NCBI GenBank assembly: GCA_040904565.1
Contig: JBBDTI010000071.1
Location: 1-22,626, forward strand
DNA length: 22,626 bases
Direction of reading: 5' to 3'
Origin: Rhodothermales bacterium
Lineage (GTDB): Bacteria; Bacteroidota; Rhodothermia; Rhodothermales; VXPQ01
The position numbers and the translations under genes are program-made. The notes below the pieces were generated by a model. It saw only the letters and a list, made by a program, of their open reading frames with translations, had not been told where the DNA came from and searched no databases. Shown here piece by piece: positions 15,719-22,626 of this stretch. The number at the start of each line of letters is the position of its first letter. Positions within the stretch are counted from its first letter, which is position 1.

Positions 15719-16462
15719 TCAAACCGGCCAGGATTGCATGGTCCACGCCTGCTGCCAGAACATCCATTCGTAGCGTGCACTAACGGCGAACGCCTCCGCG
15801 GCGCGCGCTCGCGCCTTTTCGTCCGCCGCGTCCGCGAACCGCTGCAGTCGCTCGAGGAGATGGTTGGTATACTCGACGAAGGACGGATCCGCATACATGC
15901 GAAGCCATTCGGCGTAGGGATGATCGTCCGATACGGCTCCGTTGGTTTCTTCGAGATGCCTGCCGAGCGCCGTATAGAGCCACGGGCAGGGCGTCAGCGC
16001 CGCCACCGCTTCGACGAGCGTGCCGCGCTGCGCCTCCGCGATCATGTGATTCTGGTAGGCCCGGTTGTTGGGCGTAAGCGCGAGCTCGGCGATGTCCGCC
16101 GCCGTGTACCCGAATCGCTCGCCGTATCCTTCGTGCAGCTCTTTCTCGACGACCAGCGCGAGGCGGGCTGCATCCACGAACCACAACTTGTCATCCGGAT
16201 GCACGCAGCGCGTCGATATGAACGAGCACGCGTCGGCGAACGCCTCGAGGTACCGCGCGTCCTGCATCTGATAGAACGCGAATTTTTCGGCATCGAGCCT
16301 CCCTTCCGCCAGCGCCGTAACGAACGGATGCTCGAAGGATGCGCCCCAGGCCTCGCCTGCCTCCCGCAAACATGCTTCCGCGAACTCGGGCACGATGAGA
16401 TCGATCGTCTCACGATCGATGGTCTCCTCCATGGTCTCGTCGACGGTTTCCTGTGATTCCAT
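15719..16462 (-). CDS. tenA: TenA family (thiaminase II / aminopyrimidine aminohydrolase)
   Basis: HPFV..L..G.L....F..Y..QD..YL, catalytic PCPWLY, HPY.EWL.MY and YEWMFW. The start could be at the second Met (16432). Confidence 0.92.
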   Translation of the reverse strand: MESQETVDETMEETIDRETIDLIVPEFAEACLREAGEAWGASFEHPFVTALAEGRLDAEKFAFYQMQDARYLEAFADACSFISTRCVHPDDKLWFVDAARLALVVEKELHEGYGERFGYTAADIAELALTPNNRAYQNHMIAEAQRGTLVEAVAALTPCPWLYTALGRHLEETNGAVSDDHPYAEWLRMYADPSFVEYTNHLLERLQRFADAADEKARARAAEAFAVSARYEWMFWQQAWTMQSWPV

Positions 16463-16589
16463 GGCTCGAATGATCTACGGTGTGGATGATTTGCTGATTG
16501 TCCCGTCCGTCCACAGGAAGGAAGCGAACTGCCTGCGAAATTGCGAGGCCTCGTACACTCTTCACAGGACACCCTTCTCGGATCGCGGT

Positions 16590-19500
16590 TCAGCGTTCGT
16601 CGGCGAGCGGGAGGCGAATCCAGAACGTGGTTCCCTCCCCTTCCTCCGTCTCGAACCCGATCTCTCCCTGAAGCTCTTCGACGCTCTTCTTCACGATGGC
16701 GAGACCGAGGCCCGTGCCGCTGGTCTTCGTCGAGAAATTAGGCTCGAAGATGCGATCCTGCACGTCTGCTTCGATACCCGTACCGCTATCTCGGACGGCG
16801 CTGTAGGCCCACGCGCCGGCAGCCGTCGACCGGCGCTCGGTACGTACGCGGACCCGCCCTTCCGCATCCTCCGGTATCGCCTGCAGGGCGTTCTTGATCA
16901 GGTTGATGAAGTTGCGCCGCAGCTCCTCGCGATCGGCCTCGACGACGAGCGGTGTCGCGCTGAGCTCCACGTCGATGGGAATGTCGCTTTCTTCCTGCAT
17001 GAGCGAGACGGCTTCATCCACGACGTTGTTGAGGTCCAGATGTTCGATGATGCGCGACGGCATTCTTGCGAACGAGTGAAATTCGTTCGCTATGCGCGCC
17101 AGGGAATCGATCTGCTCGATCAGGGTGGACGTGATGCGGTTGAAGACGTCGCTGAACGGCTTTCCGGATTCCTCGTCCTCCCGCCGATGTTCGAAAGCGC
17201 GCCGGAGGTGCTGGACGGACAGCTTCATCGGTGTCAGCGGGTTCTTGATCTCGTGCGCCACCTGGCGTGCCATTTCGCGCCATGCCAGCTGCCGCTCCTG
17301 CTGCGCGAGTTTTCTGCGGCTTTCGGCGAGCTGTGCCTGCATCTCGTTGAAGGTTTCGACGAGCTCCCCGACCTCGTCCCGTGTGTCGACGGGCAGCATC
17401 TGCTCGAACCGGCCTGCCGCGACGGCTTTCAATCCGGATCGAAGGCGCGCGATGGGTCTCGAGATGGCGTTGGCCAGCAGGGATGCCGTGAGCATCACGA
17501 CGAGCATGAGCAGGAGCAGGGAGCCGAAAAGATAGGCTACGGTTCGCGCCCGTTCCTCCTCGATACGTTCCTGTTCGGGCAGCGTAGGTACGGAGACGAC
17601 GTATCGAGGGCGTCCCTGCTCGTCGGGCAGCGCTCGAAATCCGGCCGTATACCTGAACGTACCGACGCGTTCGTGCGTGTGGACGAAGCGAAATCCGTCG
17701 AAGTAGAGCGCTTCGTACGCCTCGATCGGCAGGCGTTCGTCGATGATCGCCTCCCGGACGAGCTGCGGCCGGCTCAGGTCGACCACGTAGTTGTTCTCGT
17801 AGACGTTCAGGTCGAGTCCGACGCTTGCCGCCAGCGAATCGATCCGCGTGCGACGCAGCACGCTGTAGGGCATCTCTTCCTCGCGTGCGGCGAGGGCGAG
17901 CGCCTCCTCGACCCGTTCCAGGTGCTGCTGCAGCCAGCTGTGGACGGCCCGTTCGTTCTCGTCGTTCACGACGCCCACGCCTACGATGCCCACTGCCGCG
18001 ACGGAAATGATGCCGACGCCCAGAAACGCGTTCAAGACTTTGTCCCGAAAGCGAACGCGCGGCGCCGGAAGCACGCCCTCTCGACGCCGATAATAGAGTC
18101 CGAACAGATAAAGCGGAACGCCGATGAAGAGTCCGGCTACGGTCAGCCGAAGCAAATAGTACAGGTGATCGAACGTGTTGATGCCGGGCGCCCGGACGGC
18201 GATGACGGAGCCGGACGCACCCGTCGGCATGCCGACGTCCCGACCCGACGACGGGGCGTGACGGAGATAATACGTGCGGTACTCCCGCTCGTCGACGACC
18301 TCGGAGCGCCAGAGCGAGGACTCCGCGGCGAGGCCTGTCAGGATCTCCTCCGAGAGGCGGTATCGTCCGAAGTCGCGGCCCATGCTGCGCACCAGGATCC
18401 CGTTCCGGAACTCGGCCACGGACAGGTTGGCGAAGAGGTCGTCGTAGGCGCCGGATGGAAGGAGCACGCTCGGAAACGCCGCACCGCCTTCGCGGAGGAC
18501 GGACTGCGGCTCGGCGCGGGCGGTGATCCATCCGACCGTCGACCCGTCGGCCGTCACCGGAGCGATACCTCCGAACTGGAATCGATCAGGCTCTCGTTGT
18601 CCGGTGATCGGAGCCACGACGACGTCCTCTCCACCCGCCTCCTCATACATCATGTGGAGAATGTTTTGCGCGAGCGGTTCCACCCGGCGTACGGACGCCG
18701 TATCGAGCCGCTGCCCCGTGTCGAAGTACCGGGCCAGGGCGCGTCCGTCCGCGTCGAAGAACGTCAGGTAGACGCTGTAGGATGGCAGCACCGAAATGAG
18801 GGTCCCGCGAAAGGCTGACGTACCGACCGAATCGAGCCGGCTTACGTCGCCGGCCGCCAGTATCTCACGCATGGACGGATCGGCTCGCAAGTCGCTAATG
18901 ATCTGTTCGAGTGCGAACCGAACCCGCGGGTCCCGAGCCTCGGCGAACGTCGTCGCCGCATCCACCATCTGCGTGCGGCGATTGAGGTCCATGCCGCCGA
19001 ACAGCATAGGATAGAGCATCACGGATACGAGAAAGACGGCCGGCAGCACCCTGCGAAGGATGAACAGGTCCGCGGCCGGACCCGTCCGAACGAGGACAAA
19101 AACGGCCAGTCCGCCTGCGACGAAGAGCGCGGAGAGCATCACCGGCCACGGCACGAGCTCGTGAACGGGCGTCAGGGCATAGAACAGCACCACGGGCGAA
19201 GCGATGGAGAGCCCCAGCGTCAGGCGCACCGTCCAATCCTGCGTATAAAGCGAAGCCTGACCGGACGCGGCCCACGCCGTCAACCACACTACGCCCACCG
19301 AGAGGAGGATAATTCCGATGGTCGCGACAATGAGGGTACAGGACACGACGAGCAGGAGCGATTCGGGCACGAGGCCCCGCCGCGTGAAGAAATCGAACGT
19401 GCTGTCGAGTACGACGTGACGGGCGACCAGCGCCAGGACGAGCGTCAACGCTACGACGACGAAGGTGCCGACGACGACGGCAAGAGACCCCGACCCGAGG

Positions 19501-20708
19501 CCCGACGAACGGCGGCTGCGGTCCAGCGAATCGCGCCGCCGGAGACGTTCGGCACATCGCACACCGAACGGTTTCGCCAGATCAACGAAGGCGATCGCAA
19601 AAACCAGGAGAAACAGAGCCGTGATTAGAAAATCGCCGGACGAGCGAAGCAGCCCTCCTCCGATGCCTGATGCAAAATGGATCGGGTCAAACAGCGGAGC
19701 CAGGGGCTCGCGCGGCTGCTGCCATCGGCCAGGCACGTCGAGTGCGAGGAGTGCGAACCTGACCATCCACCACAGCGTGCCGATCAGGGCAAAGGCCACC
19801 AGGCGCCCCGCCCGTGGCTCGTCCCGCGGCAGCACGGCACTCTTCGAAGCGCAGGTACGGCGATAGACGAACCACGCTCCGCCCATCAGCCAGAAGAGCA
19901 GGAGGACGCTCCAGAAGGCCAGCACGTGGTCGTAGTGCCCCGCGGTCGAGGCGGCGAGCCGGCGGACGGACGGGGGGTCGACCGAGACGCGGCCGAGCAC
20001 ACGGCCGTCCGATCCCCTGAGGAGGCGTGACGCGCCGCCGGCGTCTGCGAATCCACCGAGCGTCAACGTCACGGGCAGCTGCGTCAACCGGCGCCATTCA
20101 TTCACGAGACTGACGTCGCGAATGTACTCGTTCCGGACGGGTGCGTCGTAGCCTACGAGGTGCATGGCGCGTACGGAGCCGTTCACGGTGGAGCCGCTGC
20201 GAACGGGATACCAGACGACGAGGGCCTCACGAAGATCGCCATCGGAGACGAGCGCGGTGCGAAACGACGGAGCCGAGCCTTCTTCGTCGAGCGGCATGCT
20301 GAATCCGTTCCACGCGACGAGCTCGCGATTCGCATCGTAGAGTTCTACGGAAGCACCGTAGGGAACGTCCAGGTTGGCGAAGTAGCGAACGACGGATTCC
20401 GGCCCCCGCCGCGCACCGGCTCTGCCCCGCGTACGCATAGCCTCAATGACCGCCTGAGACGTCGCGACATGCTCGGCGCGATCCACCAGGTCGTCCAGCA
20501 GATCAGAGAAATGACGAGCGATCTGATCGAGCGCCTGCGCGACGGCCTCTTCCGTTTGCGCCGCGGCCTCCGCCTCCACACGGTGGACGTGTATCTCCCG
20601 CGCGATCCACGTGGCGGGCAACAGCACCGCCAGGAGGCCGGCCACCACCGCAAAACGCACGAGCCGGTCCCGGCCCAAATGTCCAGCTATGTCGGGGGCA
20701 TCCGCCAC
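16590..20708 (-). CDS. Very large multi-TM NtrY-like sensor histidine kinase (HAMP-HisKA-HATPase), ~1372 aa
   Basis: C-terminal HAMP (ISRPI..L...DEVGEL...FN.M), H-box AWREMARQVAHEIKNPLTP, N-box NLIKNA, DSGTG, FEPNFSTK and GTGLGL. Probable GTG start at 20708, 1 nt after the upstream gene's stop. Confidence 0.92.
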   Translation of the reverse strand: MADAPDIAGHLGRDRLVRFAVVAGLLAVLLPATWIAREIHVHRVEAEAAAQTEEAVAQALDQIARHFSDLLDDLVDRAEHVATSQAVIEAMRTRGRAGARRGPESVVRYFANLDVPYGASVELYDANRELVAWNGFSMPLDEEGSAPSFRTALVSDGDLREALVVWYPVRSGSTVNGSVRAMHLVGYDAPVRNEYIRDVSLVNEWRRLTQLPVTLTLGGFADAGGASRLLRGSDGRVLGRVSVDPPSVRRLAASTAGHYDHVLAFWSVLLLFWLMGGAWFVYRRTCASKSAVLPRDEPRAGRLVAFALIGTLWWMVRFALLALDVPGRWQQPREPLAPLFDPIHFASGIGGGLLRSSGDFLITALFLLVFAIAFVDLAKPFGVRCAERLRRRDSLDRSRRSSGLGSGSLAVVVGTFVVVALTLVLALVARHVVLDSTFDFFTRRGLVPESLLLVVSCTLIVATIGIILLSVGVVWLTAWAASGQASLYTQDWTVRLTLGLSIASPVVLFYALTPVHELVPWPVMLSALFVAGGLAVFVLVRTGPAADLFILRRVLPAVFLVSVMLYPMLFGGMDLNRRTQMVDAATTFAEARDPRVRFALEQIISDLRADPSMREILAAGDVSRLDSVGTSAFRGTLISVLPSYSVYLTFFDADGRALARYFDTGQRLDTASVRRVEPLAQNILHMMYEEAGGEDVVVAPITGQREPDRFQFGGIAPVTADGSTVGWITARAEPQSVLREGGAAFPSVLLPSGAYDDLFANLSVAEFRNGILVRSMGRDFGRYRLSEEILTGLAAESSLWRSEVVDEREYRTYYLRHAPSSGRDVGMPTGASGSVIAVRAPGINTFDHLYYLLRLTVAGLFIGVPLYLFGLYYRRREGVLPAPRVRFRDKVLNAFLGVGIISVAAVGIVGVGVVNDENERAVHSWLQQHLERVEEALALAAREEEMPYSVLRRTRIDSLAASVGLDLNVYENNYVVDLSRPQLVREAIIDERLPIEAYEALYFDGFRFVHTHERVGTFRYTAGFRALPDEQGRPRYVVSVPTLPEQERIEEERARTVAYLFGSLLLLMLVVMLTASLLANAISRPIARLRSGLKAVAAGRFEQMLPVDTRDEVGELVETFNEMQAQLAESRRKLAQQERQLAWREMARQVAHEIKNPLTPMKLSVQHLRRAFEHRREDEESGKPFSDVFNRITSTLIEQIDSLARIANEFHSFARMPSRIIEHLDLNNVVDEAVSLMQEESDIPIDVELSATPLVVEADREELRRNFINLIKNALQAIPEDAEGRVRVRTERRSTAAGAWAYSAVRDSGTGIEADVQDRIFEPNFSTKTSGTGLGLAIVKKSVEELQGEIGFETEEGEGTTFWIRLPLADER

Positions 20709-20709
20709 G

Positions 20710-21126
20710 TTATCGCGTCGAAGGACGTTCGATGCGCAGCTCGCGGAGCTGCCAGCCGCTCTCGGTGCGACCGAGGCGAACGTAGAGCGCGAGGGGCCGT
20801 GAGACGGTTTCGTTCCAGTATTCGCCCGAGGCAAACCTGTGCCCGCCAGACTCCGAGGATTCGATCAAGTCTACGCGCACGGGCGGATATCCGGCGAAGA
20901 ACGACTGCACGACGTACCGTGCCTGCGCGCGGCTCAGCAGCTCGCTCGTACCGAGAACGGTCAGATCGATGCGCTCCCCGCAATGCTCGACGAGGCGCTC
21001 CACGTCGGCCTCGGACAGCGCCGCGCGAATGTGCTCGAGGACGCGCGCACCGGCGTCCTGCGCCTGGACGGATGCAGGCAGCAGGCTCGCAATAACCAGT
21101 ATGACGATGGATATGTATGGCGCCAT
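20710..21126 (-). CDS. Secreted DUF4783-like protein (138 aa)
   Basis: Signal peptide MAPYISIVILVIASLLPASVQA, then I..AL...D...L.......IDL......SRAQA..VV.SFF..YPP, the pattern I recognise for DUF4783. Confidence 0.75.
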   Translation of the reverse strand: MAPYISIVILVIASLLPASVQAQDAGARVLEHIRAALSEADVERLVEHCGERIDLTVLGTSELLSRAQARYVVQSFFAGYPPVRVDLIESSESGGHRFASGEYWNETVSRPLALYVRLGRTESGWQLRELRIERPSTR

Positions 21127-21167
21127 GCGAAAACGGATTCCGGTTGTCTCGGCTAAACCGACGTAAC

Positions 21168-21181
21168 ATTGTAGAATAGCA
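21168..21181 (-). promoter_or_regulatory. Candidate extended -10 promoter for the minus-strand cluster
   Basis: Minus strand reads TG-C-TATTCT overlapping TACAAT, 42-55 nt upstream of the ATG at 21126. No convincing -35. Confidence 0.3.
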
Positions 21182-21263
21182 GGCGCACGATCGATCGCGG
21201 CGGTGCGATGGGCCGTCGTCCCTTCGTGCAGGTGCAATTATTCGAACACGTGCAAATAACGGC

Positions 21264-21333
21264 CCCGCGACGAACTACCCGCGACGAACTACCCGCGACG
21301 AACTACCCTGCAACGAACTACCCCGCGACGAAC
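21264..21333. repeat. 14-bp tandem repeat (cccgcgacgaacta), 3 perfect and 2 variant copies
   Basis: Perfect at 21264-21277, 21278-21291 and 21292-21305; ccctgcaacgaacta at 21306-21320; ccccgcgacgaac at 21321-21333. A detached cgcgacgaatta lies at 21414-21425. Confidence 0.95.
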
Positions 21334-21642
21334 CGTGCAAAAAGTGATCCGCGTGCTACTTAACCCGTGGGCCGTGGCAAATGTTTTTTTACATGTCCGG
21401 GATATTAGACGTTCGCGACGAATTAAATAGGGCGGAACGCTACTGAAGACGTGCCGCAGACGTGCTGCAGGCGCGTTAACTCGAAGTCGTGTCGTAAGGA
21501 CGTTACCCCGCAGTCGCATTGCCCATAGGCCCTCCGCATCCGCACGGCGGACGTGCAGCGGTCGCGCCACGGTGGCAATGTGGCGTTCGCCCCGGCGCGG
21601 TGTGCTGCGTCACGATACCTCCGGAACGAATATTCAACCGTT

Positions 21643-22596
21643 ATGCCAAGAACGCTCATCACCGGCGGCGCCGGCTTCTTAGGATCCCATCTTTGCGATC
21701 GTCTCCTCGCCGAGGGCCACGACGTGATCTGCATGGACAACTTCATCACGGGCTCACCCGATAACGTCGCCCATCTGATCGGCAACCCCAGGTTCGAGAT
21801 GATCGAACTGGACGTCACGAATTACATCTACGTCGAAGGGAGCCTCGATTACGTACTTCACTTCGCGAGCCCGGCCTCGCCGGCCGACTACCTCAAATAT
21901 CCCATTCAGACGCTGAAGGTCGGCGCGCTCGGCACGCACAAGGCGCTCGGATTGGCCAAAAACAAGGAAGCGCGCCTCCTGCTCGCCTCGACGAGCGAAG
22001 TCTACGGCGACCCGCTGGTCCACCCGCAGCCCGAGTCGTACTGGGGCAACGTCAATCCGACCGGCTACCGCGGCGTCTACGACGAGGCGAAGCGGTTCGC
22101 CGAAGCAATCACGATGGCCTACCATCGCTACCACGGCGTGGAAACGCGCGTCGTGCGCATATTCAACACGTTCGGTCCGCGCATGCGCCTGGATGACGGG
22201 CGAGCCCTTCCTACCTTCATGAACCAGGCGCTGAACGGCGTGCCGATTACCGTCTACGGCAAGGGAGACCAGACCCGCTCGTTTCAATACGTCGACGATA
22301 CGGTCGAGGGAATCTACCGCCTCCTGATGAGCGACGTCACCGAGCCGGTGAACATCGGCAATCCGGATGAGATCAGCATTCTCGAGTTCGCCCGGGAGAT
22401 CATCGAGCTGACGGACAGCTCGAGCGACATCGTCTTCGAGGAACTGCCGGCCGACGACCCGCAGGTGCGCCAGCCGGACATCTCGCAGGCACGGGCCCGG
22501 CTCGACTGGGAGCCGCGGTACAGCCGGCGTGAGGGGCTCCAGAAGACGATCGACTACGTTCGCTCAAAAGTGAAGCGGGAAGAGGAAGCCGCGTGA
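21643..22596 (+). CDS. UDP-glucuronate decarboxylase (UDP-xylose synthase)-like extended SDR
   Basis: [43 protein letters not shown] (YxxxK), [18 protein letters not shown] and DDP..RQPDI. ATG at 21643. Confidence 0.93.
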   Translation: MPRTLITGGAGFLGSHLCDRLLAEGHDVICMDNFITGSPDNVAHLIGNPRFEMIELDVTNYIYVEGSLDYVLHFASPASPADYLKYPIQTLKVGALGTHKALGLAKNKEARLLLASTSEVYGDPLVHPQPESYWGNVNPTGYRGVYDEAKRFAEAITMAYHRYHGVETRVVRIFNTFGPRMRLDDGRALPTFMNQALNGVPITVYGKGDQTRSFQYVDDTVEGIYRLLMSDVTEPVNIGNPDEISILEFAREIIELTDSSSDIVFEELPADDPQVRQPDISQARARLDWEPRYSRREGLQKTIDYVRSKVKREEEAA

Positions 22597-22626
22597 CGAA
22601 GCGACGGTACCGGGCGGACTAGAAGC

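Noticed and set aside
16463-16589. TPP riboswitch upstream of tenA
   Set aside because: No CUGAGA or other conserved TPP aptamer core on the minus strand.
22593-22622. Next gene starting at a GTG overlapping the SDR stop
   Set aside because: The frame closes at TAG after 9 codons.

Overview
High-GC bacterial chromosomal segment. Gene content (DUF4783-type protein, very large NtrY-like kinase, yidD near cysS) suggests a Rhodothermota/Bacteroidota-like organism; this is inference. It is mostly housekeeping and ion-homeostasis genes: partial hisI (-); then on + a SleB-like cell wall hydrolase, yidD, moaB/mog, cysS, hemB, an HhH-GPD-like protein, a CPA2 antiporter fused to RCK and PTS-EIIA domains, Tat-exported PhoX, an orphan 141-aa ORF, a 43-aa membrane peptide, and an archease-rtcB RNA ligase pair. 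A convergent minus-strand cluster encodes a DUF4783-like protein, a 1372-aa sensor kinase, tenA, trkA and trkH. A UDP-glucuronate decarboxylase-like SDR ends the window. No mobile element, CRISPR array, tRNA or rRNA was recognised. The unexplained signal lies in the intergenic DNA. (i) A 7 x 11-bp repeat sits inside a 32-codon uORF whose stop overlaps the archease start. (ii) A ~185-nt nested rod-like RNA structure precedes the 43-aa peptide. (iii) A densely structured multi-junction leader precedes the antiporter. (iv) 25-bp and 14-bp tandem repeats lie in the two divergent promoter regions. All family calls come from motif recognition by eye, not database searches.
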